NCBI RefSeq assembly: GCF_964194155.1
Contig: NC_135886.1
Location: forward strand, 12,400,001 to 12,464,000
Source of the DNA: Cetorhinus maximus
Taxonomy: Eukaryota
Length of the DNA: 64,000 nucleotides
Direction: 5' to 3'
Translations under genes and position numbers: made by a program
Shown: positions 49,901 through 61,904 of the stretch, one piece after another
Numbering within the stretch: the stretch's first letter is position 1
How the letters are laid out: each line of letters opens with the position of its first letter
The notes under the pieces: generated by a model
Database searches by the model: none
What the model was told of the DNA's origin: nothing
The model's input: the letters and a program-made list of their open reading frames with translations, nothing else

Positions 49901-50220
49901 ATGAACCAAACACTAGATGCCATTTATTTAAGGGACTCCAAATTGAGACAATGTTGTTTATTTCAGGGGTTCTGTATTGGGATAATGCTGTTCATTTGAG
50001 GGATTCTGTATTGGGATAATGCTGTTTATTTAAGGGATTCTGTATTGGGATAATGCTGTTTATTTAAGGGATTCTGTATTGGGGTGATGCTGTAGATCTG
50101 CATTGAAATGAAGCAGTTACTGTAAGGGGTTCTGTTTTGCACTGGAGACCTTTATATAAGGACTGTTAGAATTGTTAATATAAATGACTCTCTATTGGGG
50201 TGAAGCTGTCTAAACTGGGT
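46975..50220. repeat. 34-bp minisatellite ATGCTGTTTATTTAAGGGGTTCTGTATTGGGGTG, split by LINE insertions
   Basis: Units at period 34 (46996, 47030, 47064); resumes at about 49781-49822 and 49915-50220. Confidence 0.8.
47098..49780 (-). mobile_element. LINE family B, near-complete decayed ORF2
   Basis: Endonuclease motifs ESYLTDNVPD..IPGY..QDRPSKGGG and NFNVHHQEWLGS; RT motifs YRPINLLTIISKVME, QFG, LDIKATFDRMWH, FADD. Confidence 0.92.
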
Positions 50221-50269
50221 TTCTGCTCTTTATATAAATCACAGTTGTTATATAGTCATGCAATTAACA

Positions 50270-50490
50270 CACAAGGTCCCACAAACAACAGAGATATTCA
50301 GATTTTTATTGATGTTGATTGAGGGATAAATATTGGCCAGGACAACTGAGGGAACTCCCTTGCTCTTCTTCAAAATAGTACCATGGGATCTTTGACATCC
50401 ACCTGAACAGGCAGACAGGACCTGATTTAGCATCTCATCTGAAAGACCGCACCTCTGACAGTGCCACACTCCCTCAGTGCCGCACTGAAA
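50270..50490 (-). mobile_element. Deu-SINE core
   Basis: GAGGGATAAATATTGGCCAGGACA..GAACTCCC.TGCTCTTCTTCAAAATAGT.CCATGGGATCTTT.ACATCCACCTGA. Confidence 0.75.
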
Positions 50491-50669
50491 GCTAGAGCAG
50501 ATTTTATAGCCACACCTTGTGCCTCCCAGTAGGGCCAGTGTCACTGAGCAAAGCTGATGGTTTGTATTGTACACTCACGTCCACTCACTGAAACTTTGCC
50601 AAACCCATTTCAGAAGCAATTCCAGCATTTCAGCTGGCCAGTTAATGGCCAGCCAGCGTGAAACATTAA

Positions 50670-51818
50670 GCCGCATTTGACCGAGTGTGGTATCAAGGAA
50701 TCCCAGCAAAACTGGAGTCAATGGGAATCAGGGGAAAACTCTCCGCTGGTTGGAGTCATACCTAGCACAAAGGAAGATGGTTGTGGTTGTTAGAGGTCAG
50801 TCATATCAGCTCCAGGACATCACTGCTGGAGTTCCTCATGGTAGTGCCCTCAGCCCAAACATCTTCAGCTGCTTCATCAATGACCTTCCTTCCATCATAA
50901 GGTCAGAAGTGGGGATGTTCGCTGATGATTGCACAATGTTCAGCACCATTTGCAACTCCTCAGATACTGAAGTAGTCCTTGTCCAAATGCAGCAAGACCT
51001 GGACAATATCCAGGCTTGAGCTGACAAGTGGCAAGTAACAATTGCGCCACACAAGTGCCAGGCAATGACCATCTCCACCAAGAGAGAATCCAACCATCGC
51101 CCCTTGATGTTCTTTGGCATTACCATCACTGAATCCCCCACTATCAACATTCTGGGGGGTTACCATTGACCAGAAACTGAACTGGACTAGCCATATAAAT
51201 ACTGTGGCTACAAGAGCAGGCCAGAGGCAAGGAATCCTGCAACGAGTAACCCACCTCCTGACTCCCCAAAGCCTGTCCACCATCTACAAGGTACAAGTCA
51301 GGAGTGTGATGGAAAACTCCCCACTTACCTCGGTGAGTGCAGATCCCACAACACTCAAGAAGCTTGACACTATCCAGGACAAAGCAGCCCTCTTGATTGG
51401 CACCCCATCCACAAACATTCACTCCCTCCACCACCAATGCACAGTGGCAGCAGTGTGTACCATCTACAAGATGCATTGCAGAAACTCACTAAGGCTCCTT
51501 TGACAGCACCTTCCAAACCCACGATCACTACCACCTAGAAGGACAAGGGCAGCAGATAGATGGGAACACCACCACCTGGAAGTTCACCGCCAAGCCACAC
51601 AACATCCTGATTTGGAAATATATCACCGTTCCTTCACTGTCAGTGGGTCAAAACCCTGGAACTCCCTTCCTAACAGCACTGTGGATGTACCTACACCACA
51701 TGGACTGCAGCGGTTCAAGAAGGCAGCTCACCGCCCACCTTCTCAAGAGCAACTAGGGATGGGCAATAAATGCTGGCCCAGCCAGCGAAGCCCACATCCC
51801 GTGAACGAATTAAAAAAA
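50670..51818 (+). mobile_element. LINE family B, 5'-truncated
   Basis: AGVPHGSALSPNIFSCFINDLP..MFADD; complete 3' end with A tail. Confidence 0.9.
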
Positions 51819-52352
51819 ACGCGCATTGAGAAAGCCTCAGCGTTGCAGGGGTGGGGGCAGGATGTGGGCGGGCGCCGACAAAAGTGAGGGTGCGGGTGGG
51901 CGCTTCTAGCGAGTTCCCTGAAGGCAGGCAGCTGCTGCGGAGCTGCCTCAGGCAGCCGCAGACCTGGACAGATTAAATGGCAAGAATAAAAATGCACCAA
52001 ACTGTGTCTATGCAACACATTCAAGCACCTGACAGCAGAATTCAAAAGACATCAGCTCCCGGATATCATTTCATTATATCCCACCCCTGGCATTTCACCC
52101 CACCCTGGATCGAGGCTTCAGCAAAAATGTGAAGGCCGCCTGGCCGATCGGCCCATCCGCCGACCATAAAAGTGGACGGGCCACGTAAAATCGATTTCAA
52201 TTGCTTCCTTAATGGGCTTAACTGCCCACTTAATTGTCAGTGGGCGCGCTTCCAACTGCCGGGCATGTCCACCGAGCGAAATATTGGCGCGGGTGCGCAA
52301 TGACGTCGGGGCACGCATCTGATTTCCCGCGCAACCAGCATAGAATTCTGGC
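51819..52352 (-). mobile_element. GC-rich MITE relative of 57578-58223, interrupted by LINE B
   Basis: Reverse-complement similarity to 57640-58100 (CCTGCCCCCACCCC, CTCCCTGAGGCAGCTC, CATCCAAGGGCGGGAT); TIR-like end AGAATTCTGGCC. Confidence 0.6.
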
Positions 52353-52784
52353 CAATGTTTCAGGTTGATGATCAGGACCAGAAGAAGTAGTTAGAGCTCA
52401 AATAGTTTTTCAATGAACACGGAGCCATGGAAAGGGTGGGATGGATGGGGAGGAAAGAACAAAGGGAAATGTGTGTATTAGGGTGGAGTGTGGGAATGAT
52501 TAAATGCAAAAGGGATGATGGTTTCTTCCTATAATTCAATGCCCCACATGCGAAGAGTGCAGCCGAGGCTGAAAGGGTGATAGAAACTGGATAACGTGGC
52601 TGGAGTACAGTTAGAAATAGACGGAGCCTCGTTCATTGCTATAGGATTGTTGGTGGCGGGCTCACATAACGAGGAGGTGTTTGCATTGTTTCAAATACAT
52701 CTGACCTTTCATTCCCTGCTGTCAAGGGATAAATTCCTCCCTCCATCCTTGATAGACGACTGTGCTTGTGGTAACACTGTCTCT

Positions 52785-53945
52785 CTCAAAGTGCCACACC
52801 AAAGGTTATTGAAGGAAATAAAAGCTCATGGTGTACACGATAACACATGGGCATGGATAGAAGATTGGCTAGCTAACAGGAAACAGAGGGTAGCCATAAA
52901 TGGATCTTTTTCTGGTTGGCAGCATGTAACTAGTGGTGTGCCAGATGATCAGTGCTGGGACCTCAGCTTTTTACAATTTATATAAATGACTTTGCTGCAG
53001 GGACTGAAGATATGGTTGCTAAATTTGCTGATGACACAAATATAAGTAGGAAAGTAAGTTGTGAAAAAAACATAAGGAAGCTACAAAGGGACATAGATAG
53101 GTTGAGTGAGCAAAGGTTAGGCAAATTGGGTATAATGTGGACAAATGTGAAATTGTCCATTTTGGCAGGAAGAATAAAAAAGAAGCATATAATCTAAATG
53201 GTGAGAGATTGCAGAGGTCTGAGATGCAGAGGGATCTGGGTGTCCTAGTGCATGAATCACAAAAGGCTAGTTTGCAGGTACAGTAAGTAATTAGGAAAAC
53301 TAATAGAATGTTATCGTTTATAGTGAGGGAGTTGAATACAAAAGTAGGGAGATTATGCTTCAGTTGTACAGGGCATTGGTGAGACCACATTTGGAGTACT
53401 GTGTACAGTATTGGTCTCCTTATTTAAGGCAGGATGTAAATGCATTAGAAGCAGTTCAGAGAATGTTTACCAGACTAATACCTGGAATGGGGGGGGTTGT
53501 CTTATGAGGAAAGATTGGACAGGCTAGGCTTGTATCGGCTGGAGTTTAGAAGAGGAAGAGGCGACTTGATTGAAACCTTTAAGATTCTGAGAGGTCTTGA
53601 CAGGGTGGATGTGAAAAGGATGTTTCCTCTTGTGGGAGAATCTAGAACTAGGGGTCACTGTTTAAAAATGAGGGGTCACCCATTTAAGACAAAGATGAGG
53701 AGAATGTTTTTCTCTCAAAGGGTTGTGAGTCTTTGGAACTGTCTTCCTCAAAAGGCGGTGGAAGCAGAGTCTTTGAATATCTTTAAAACAGAGGTAGATA
53801 GATTCTTGATAAGCAAGAGGGTGAAAGGTTATCAGGAATGTGGAGTGGAGGTTACAATCAGATCAGTCATGATCTTATTGAATGGCGGAACAGGCTCGAA
53901 GGGCCGAGTGGCCTACACCTGCTCCTAAATCATATGTTCATGTAT
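52785..53945 (+). mobile_element. CR1 LINE, 5'-truncated
   Basis: KVPHQRLL, NRKQRVAINGSFSGW, LGPQLFTIYINDF, KFADDT, SYEERLDRLGLY. Confidence 0.92.
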
Positions 53946-54594
53946 ATGAGATAGGTTTTAGGGTGTTTGTTAAAGAAGGAGAAAGACAAAGGAAGGAATT
54001 CCAGAGCTTAGGACCCAGGCAGCTGAAAGTATGGCCACTAATCATGGAGTGGTGAGTGTCAGGGACGCAGAAGAGACTAGAATTGGAGGACTACAGAGAT
54101 CTTGGAGGGTTGTAGTTTAGAGGAGGTACAGAGATAGGGAAAGGAGAGGCCATGGAGGGATGAGAATTATAGAATAAAGACATTAGTGATCTGAAAGACA
54201 AGTAAGATTGCAACTGGAATAAGACAACAAATGAGCACTTCGGTTATCATAGGACCAAATATAACACTAATGTACAGGTAGAATCACATCACCAGTGAAG
54301 AAACCAGCATCTGAACTCCTTATCGTTTAAAGGATTTTTATTGCCTAAAAGTTTGAATTACCCAATAATTTAAATTAAATGGGAATTTGAATGAGAAATT
54401 GAATTATTGAATAATCTAAATTAAGTAGCTTTCAATTAAGAGGGGTCGACTCTACATGGAAGGATTAGAGAAGACAGGAACAATACACAGATGGATCTTA
54501 ATCGAATCAAGGGATTCAGATGGTTTATAAGCAGAATAACAGATACCTGGGAGTGAGTTACAGACTGGAATCTAATTGAGATGTTCAAAGAGTT

Positions 54595-55075
54595 TACAAC
54601 AGCAACAACCTGCATTCATATAGTTTCTTTAATGTAGTAAAAACACACTTTGCAGGAGCGTAATCAGACAATATCTGATGACAAAACATAAAAGCTTGAT
54701 CAAAGAGGCAGGTTTCAAGGAATAACTGAGAAAGAGGTGGAGAGGTTTAGTGGGGGACTATCACCGTTCCTTCACTGTCACTGGGTCAAAATCCCGGAAC
54801 TCCCTCCCTAACAGCACTGTGGGTGTACCTACACCACATGGACTGCAGCGGTTCAAGAAGGCAGATGAAGGCCTGGCCAGCAATGGTGGGTTGATGAAAA
54901 TTGGGTTTGCACAAAAGGCCAGAATTGGAGGAGCAGAAATCTCAGAGGGTGGTAGGCCTGGAGGGGATTACAGAGCTAGGGAGAGGTAAATCCGTTAAAG
55001 AAGGATTTGAAAGCAAGGATGAGAAATTTAAAATGGAATTGTCGCCAGACTGGGAGCCAATAGGCCAGTGAGCAA
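54595..55075 (-). mobile_element. L2-like 3' remnant with a nested family-B fragment (about 54758-54865, + strand)
   Basis: ACCTGCATTCATATAG..CAGGAGCG..GAGAGGTTTAG, shared with 60695-60930 and 53950-54200. Confidence 0.5.
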
Positions 55076-55939
55076 GTTCCACGCATAATAAAAGGCCAGT
55101 TTGTGTTGGGTACTGACACTAATAAACCCTAATCAACATGAGTCAACACCCCCTTCGAGAGAGGAATGGGAAAAAAATGTGAAGTTTGGAGGAGTTTAAA
55201 AAAAGTGGAACCTGACACCTTTATAATGTTCCCTCAGCTCATCTTTGACTGAAACAGAAAGCTTCAGGCAATCACTGCTCAGATAAAGATTGATGACTGC
55301 ATTTGTGAAGGAGGTGGGGAGGGGTTGTGGTGGGTGGGTTTCACTCATCAACCTGTGCCTAAATCTGTTAAGTATTTCTGCCAGAGGATATCTGGAGGGG
55401 AGGGGACCTGGGCTTCAGATGTCAGCAGCAAAAACTCAGCATATGACTTTCATGGAGCACAGAAATGTTTTTGAACCACAGAAGAAAGGGTCTGTGTATA
55501 GTCCCCCGAGGGAGCGGAAAGGTAACCTGTTTTGTTTCCTCGAGTTTAGACCATTCCCCATCCCTTGCAACCGGGGTAGTAATTGGCTGGAAGGCAGTGA
55601 GTTGACGAAGATTAGTGAGGAGCAACTTAACTGTCGGCGAGCCATATCTTTGCTGCTGACCGGGCCCGCTGGGAGGATATGAAACAGGATCCCCTGCTGG
55701 GTCAGCAACACTTCACAGACCTCCCGAGCCGTTCCCCCACTTAACCTGAAAGAAATCCATTAATTGCATTCTCCCAGGTTTAACACTCAGCCAGGCCAAA
55801 GCAAACATAAACACAGATTTTCTGAATCCCCCCCGCCTCGGGGTGCAATACTCAAGCACGGCACAACTTATTCAAACGGCCGGCCGTGCTGTTATGGAAT
55901 GCACTGAATATTTGCAGGCCCATGGGGGAAGAGTAGCTG

Positions 55940-56100
55940 GGGTTGTGAGGGAGGTCTTGTGGCACAGTGGGTAGCGATCCCAGCTGAAGCTCCGGGTTTG
56001 AGTTCCCCCCCCCCAGGATTGATGGCCACAAGAAGGTGCGTTTGTGGTGTGCGGGTTGGTAGTCAACCTGCAAATCCTTCTGAAAGGCCTATGGCGAGGT
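55940..56100 (+). mobile_element. Probable tRNA-derived SINE head
   Basis: A-box TGGCACAGTGGG and B-box-like GGTTTGAGTTCC. Confidence 0.4.
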
Positions 56101-56444
56101 GGTAAGATCGGGAGAGTTTCCTGGTCCAACCAGAGCCATGTGGTAGCTGCAGCGTAACAGCCTCCACACATTAAATAGCTGTGTTTTTGGTCAGTCACGA
56201 CAGACCCGGTTTTTTAGCTTGCCTGTGGAGTGGGCAGCTTTAACTGAAAGGACATTCCTCTTCCCCACTTCTCACCATGTCAAAACCAGGGCTAATCAAG
56301 CCCCCTCCAACTATTATTAGAGTTGCTTGTAAGTATTTCCGATCAGGTCTCATCCCACGTTCCTGCCATTGATCACGTGATCCATCCATCATTGGGGCAT
56401 AATTCCTTCCCACCACAATGAAGACATTCTTTGGTTCTGACTGG

Positions 56445-57045
56445 ATAAGATCAGAGGCTAGGAATCCTGCAGCAAGTAACACCCCTCTTGACTCCCGAAA
56501 GCCTGTCCATCATCTACAATGTACAAGTCAGGAGTGCGATGGAATGCTTTCCACTTGCCTGGATGAGTGCAGCTCCAACAACACTCAAGAAGCTTGACAC
56601 CATCAGGGACAAGGCAGCCCGCTTGATTGGTACCCCATCCACAAACATTCACTCCCTCCACCACCGACGCACAGTGGCAGCAGTGTGTACCATCTACAAG
56701 ATGCGCTGCAGAAACTCACCAAGGCTCCTTAGGCAGCACCTTCCAAACCCACGACCACTACCATCTAGAAGGACAAGGGCAGCAGACACATAGGAACACC
56801 ACCACCTGCAAGTTCCTCTCCAAGCCCCTCACCATACTGACTTGAAAATATATCGCCGTTCCTTCACTGTCACTGGGTCAAAATCCCAGGACTCCCTCTC
56901 TAACAACACTGTGGGTGTACCTACACCACATGGACCGCAGCGGTTCAAGAAGGCAGCTCTCCACCATCTTCTCAAGGACAATTAGGGATGGGCAATAAAT
57001 GCTGGCCTAGCCAGCAATGTCCACATCTCATAAACCAGTAAAAAA
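56445..57045 (+). mobile_element. LINE family B 3' fragment
   Basis: QVRSAMECFPLAWMSAAPTTLKKLDTIRDKAARLIG; family-B 3' end. Confidence 0.9.
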
Positions 57046-57459
57046 TAATTCTGAACCATTAGTCATGCAGTATTCTATATCCAATATTGTTATAATGAAT
57101 AAATTAAAGCATCCAAAAACAATGAAAAACATTCATACAATGTTAGTAATGCCCCTTTGATTGCCTTGTTCTCCTTATTTACAGTATCAAAATCCCTTAT
57201 CATTTTGAACACCTCTACTAAATCTCCCCTTAACTGTCTCAGGTTCTTAATTCCATACATCGTGGAGACTATAGTTTGGAGAGTTCCTTCATTCCTGAAG
57301 AACCCTGGAGAGAGTTGGCAACCCCAATTTGAATCCATTCTTTCCCAAAACCTGAACCCTATATAACTCCCGATCGCCCTCCCTCCTACAGCCTAAAGGC
57401 TTTCAAAACCAAACCTGGCGTCAACACAGTTGCTCAGTCTGGATGTACCTGTATTCTTT

Positions 57460-58482
57460 GTAGTTTAGAAGAATGAGAGATGATCTCATTGAAACATAAA
57501 AATCCTCAGAAAGATTGACAGAGTAGATGCTGAGAGGCTGTTTCTCCTGACTAGACGGTATAGAACTAGGGGACATGGGGCAGGATTTTTAGGTCAGCAT
57601 GTGGGCGAGCGTCGGACCCAATTGGATGCGAAATCGCGCGAGGTGATGTCAGGCAAGCGTCCCGATGTCATCCCACGTTCACGCAATACTTCGGTTGGCA
57701 GCCACACGCAAAAGTCGGAAGAGCGCCCGCCAACGATTAAGAGGCCAATTAATGTCATTAAAGTTGCAATTGTCTCCGATTTTTCATGGTGCGTCCAACC
57801 CTACGGCCAGGCGGACTTTGCATTTTTCCTGAAACCTCATCCAAGGGCGGGATGAGGTTTCCGTTATTAAATAAAAAAAACAATAAAAATCTATGGACAG
57901 CATTTTTACCATGTATATGTTCAGGTCACTGATTGTGATGCTTGGACATTTTTCCCTGATTTAAAAAAATTTATTCAATTGTTTTCAAGTCTTCAGCTCC
58001 CTGAGGCAGCTCTCTGCCTTCAGGGCGCTTTTCATTCAGCGCTCGCCCGCCCCCATGCTTACGTCAGTGCCTGCCCTCCTCCTGCCCCCACCCCAGCAGT
58101 GCTGTTAATTGGCCGGCCAGCTTTGAAATCGCGGTCAGGTGCTGATCGCGGGCAGCTGTCCGTTCCCCTGTCGATCCTGGGCCTGCCAATTGCGCCCGCC
58201 TGATTACCTAAAAAATCCTGCCCATGGGCTCAGAACAAGGGGTCGGCCATTTGGAACTGAGATAAGAAGAATTTTTTTTCATTCAGAGGATTATGAATCT
58301 TTGGAATCCTCTACCCCACACAGAGTTGTATCATTGAGTATATTCGTGGCTGAGATCAATAGATTTTTGGGCATTAAGAAAATTAAGGAATATGGGGATA
58401 GGGTGGGAAAGCGGAGTTGAGACAATGGCAGAGCCAGCTCAATGGGCCATATGGCCTACTCCTGCTCCTATTTCTTATCCTT
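57460..58482 (+). mobile_element. CR1 3' fragment, split by a MITE
   Basis: TTTAGAAGAATGAGAGATGATCTCATTGAAAC...AGAACTAGGGGAC | GGCTCAGAACAAGGGG...GGCCTACTCCTGCTCCTATTTCTTAT. Confidence 0.8.
57578..58223. mobile_element. PIF/Harbinger-like MITE, 646 bp
   Basis: TIRs GGGCAGGATTTTTAGGT / ACCTAAAAAATCCTGCCC; 3-bp TSD ATG at 57575-57577 and 58224-58226; non-coding. Confidence 0.8.
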
Positions 58483-59622
58483 ATAGCTTGTTTTCTCTCC
58501 TTTTGTATTGGGGTTTTTGGTCCTGAATATGGGCCTTCACAAGGGCTGCTAACTTTCCAGGACTTTCTTGTAATTTTCGACAATTGATGATTAATCTTCA
58601 GGGGCTCTGCTACAAGCAAGAATCCAGAGGAAAATCAGAGGCATTAAGAAAATTGTGTTTTTAAAATTTTATTTGAACGTTTTCTATTTATTATCTTGGC
58701 TCAGTTGATATTGTAAATAGTTTTAGGATTTCTCATTGAGCATCATCACAGGAGGGTCTAATTGACTGGATAACTTCCTTCCACTATCTGATACCCAGGA
58801 TCGAATCCAGCCCAGAAAAATGGGATTAAAATCTTCTCCCTCTGTCTCACTCTGCCACAAGGATCCTTCCTCCATGCAGTGAGCTTGCTTCAGTCTTGAT
58901 TAGCGTTACCAAATCTCCAGAATTGGCCCTGGAGTCTCCAGGAATTCTCCTGGACACTGCTGAAAGCAAGCCTCGAGAAAAATCAGAGGGACACTAAAAT
59001 AACCTTGTGCATTTTTTTTGAAAAAAGAATGCTATGAACAGTTATTGAAGACAGGGGAAAAGGTTGTTGGACTGACAGTCAAGCTTCATCCAATCGGCCA
59101 ATGAACAGCCTGGCAACTTTCCGACTGACACTGAGATGGACCTGGTGGGTGGCCAATGGCGGGAGTGCTGAGGTAGTAGGGTGGTTGGAGGTGGGAAGTC
59201 AATGATAAAATCTGCAGCAATATACCCATCTAGAGTCAGCATTCTCCATCCATCAAAACACTACACACAAACTACTCCAAAACTGGCAGCATCTCACAGA
59301 CTCGATGTCAGCATTGATGGTGAATGGGAATGGAGTCACCAAGTTGCAGCTCCGAGAATGGAGTTAGGAAGCGTGAGATTATTGGCAAAAAAAAAAGCTC
59401 ACAGCTGCTTAGCAGCTGACCCTATTGCCAGTTGGGGATATAGAAGAATTCCTTTAGTTGTTGCATTTCAGTGTGTTGTGTAATCTGGAATAAAGGTTAT
59501 CCCTCTACAAAAACATACAAAAGACGCCATAGCATAACCAGCAGCTTGGGTCTACATTAATTGGAATCCTAGTGGATGGGATTGAACAAGTGGCCTCTGT
59601 AATCTGACGATGATGGCTGGTC

Positions 59623-59805
59623 AGAATTTTTTTTCATTGAGGATTATGAACCTTTGGAATCCTCTACCCCACACAGAGTTGTATCATTGAGTATATTCGT
59701 GGCTGAGATCAATAGATTCTTGGGCATTAAGAAAATTAAGGAATATGGGTTTAGGGTGGGAAAGCGGAGTTGAGTCAATGGCAAAGCAAGCTCAATGGGC
59801 CGTAT
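59623..59805 (+). repeat. Near-identical local copy of 58268-58450 (CR1-derived)
   Basis: Direct sequence match over about 180 bp. Confidence 0.85.
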
Positions 59806-60694
59806 GGAGCCAGACCAGACGCATGCCCAGACGGCCCCCCTGGCTTCAGACACTGCCCAGCAGATGCTTCTCCTGTCTGTGCACTTCGCCGCATTGCATA
59901 ATCAGGAAGGCCAACCAATCCCAGCCCTTCCCTGCGCCTTGACCTCTGAGGTGCCAAGGGAGCTGGGGAAGAGTGGCGGAGTTACAGATGCTTGCAAAGT
60001 GGAATAATTTTCCATTTCCCCCCTCCCCTCCCCCCCATCCCTCAGTTCCCATCCCCATCCCTCTCTCCCTCCCACCACTGATATTCCTCACTCCAATCAG
60101 CACAGACAAGACAGAGAGGGAAAAGAAATTCCATTGGGAGATTATTGCAGGAATGGAACTGAAACAAAAATCCCAAAGTAGCAACCATAGACAAGGCTGA
60201 AAATTTTAAGAAAATTTTAAGTAAATATTTGTACTGTGTGAAAACCTATCGCATTCAATCCTAAAAACTTGGAACTAGCAATTGTAAGAGGACCTCGTTT
60301 AGTATTGTGCACTTAGTGACTCATGAAATCAAATACAATCTATTGAACCACGCTAAGCTCCCAGACAAAAACAGCAACAGTGCAAGACCAGAAAATCTAT
60401 TACAATCGAACTCCTGCAACAAATTGAAGCAAGTAAATTTTCCAGTACATATCTCAGATCAATGGGGAAAGAAATAGTACACACAGCAAATTTTGCACTG
60501 TACATCTTGCTGCTAGCTTCTGGAGTTAGTTACCTTTGGGCTAACTGCAATTAACCGACCCAGATCTGGAACTGCGACAGTTCAAGGAATGCATTTTTCG
60601 AATTACACAAGAGCAGAGACTGGCAGGTTTTGCCAATCACTGACCGGTGAGTTTATGTTGGAGATTCAAACAATAGCCCCACTTCACCAAATGT

Positions 60695-60930
60695 GCGCTT
60701 GCATTTATATAGCACCTTTAACACAGTTAAAACCATCCTGAGGTGCTTCACAGGAGTGTTACCATACAAGATTTTACACCGCGCCACGTAAGGAGAAATT
60801 TGGACAGATGACCAAAGGTTGGGTCAAAAAGGTCAGTTTCAAGGAGCGTCTTAAAGGAAGAGAGAGAGAGAGAGGTAGAGAGGCGGAGAGGTTTAAAAAG
60901 TGAATTCCAGAGCTTAGGACCCAGACAAAC
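60695..60930 (-). mobile_element. L2-like LINE 3' end
   Basis: CTTGCATTTATATAGCACCTTT...CACAGGAGTGTT...GAGAGGCGGAGAGGTTTA..GAATTCCAGAGCTTAGG. Confidence 0.55.
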
Positions 60931-61424
60931 AAATCAAACACCAGGAAATGCTGCAGCTGCTGACTGACCAGATTTATGGGGATGTGTGAGCTTTGGAGAT
61001 TTCGGTGTGATGTTTAACACAGGGAGAAGTGTCTGCTGATGCACATCAATCAAATAAATAGGATGGCCTTGTTGGGCCCAATGGTCTTTTCCAGTTCTGA
61101 ATAATTCACATGCAATAGATTCTGAAAAAGATTTTGATATGAACTGTGCCCCTGAGAGGAGGCTTCAGCTTGTTAATTGATGTAGAAAATGCACCCGCGC
61201 CCCCCCTCCCCACCAGCCTCAAGAAAAGCCTCCGCCCACAGCAACACAGCAGTAAATTCAATCTCAGTGAGTCCCATGGAACTGTATAACAGATAGTGAG
61301 CATCTCCTGACAATTTTGCATTTCAAAAAATTACATTTTTAACAAACAACCACATATTTAATTTCATTTATAAGCGAGAAAGCTTTTCAAAAACTTTGAA
61401 CGCTTTTCACCAGGTAGAGGCCTT

Positions 61425-61735
61425 TTTTTATGTTCATTGATGGGATGTGGGAGTCACTGGCTATATCAGCATTTATTGCCCATCCCTAATTGCCCTTGAG
61501 AAAGCGGTGGTGAGCTGCCTTCTTGAACCACTGCAGCCCTTGCGATGTAGGTACACCCACAGTGCTGTTAGGGAGGGAATTCCAGAATTTTGACCCAACG
61601 AAAGTGAAGGAACACCGATATAGTTCCAAGTCAGGATGATGTGTGACTTGGAGGGGAACTTAGCTGCTGGTGGTGTTCCCACTCCCTGCTGCACTTGTTC
61701 TTCTTGGTGTCAGGGGCCGCAGGCTTGGAAGTTCA
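61425..61735 (-). mobile_element. LINE family B 3' fragment
   Basis: CAGCATTTATTGCCCATCCCTAATTGCCCTTGAGAA. Confidence 0.85.
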
Positions 61736-61904
61736 TCTTCTATCTTGCTTGCATTAAATGGAACCCTTTTTGGGAGTGGGATTGGGAGTGGGTGCTGATT
61801 TGACAAGGTGCCAATTTCCTGCTCTCTCTTCAGACCCTTATAGATCCTGCTTTGAATAATTATCCAGGACTTCTTTCTCAATCCTGTAATTAAGAAATCC
61901 CAAT

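Noticed and set aside
57290-59130. Possible hAT-like MITE remnants (GTTGGCAACCC-type ends)
   Set aside because: Too degenerate to pair TIRs or find TSDs.
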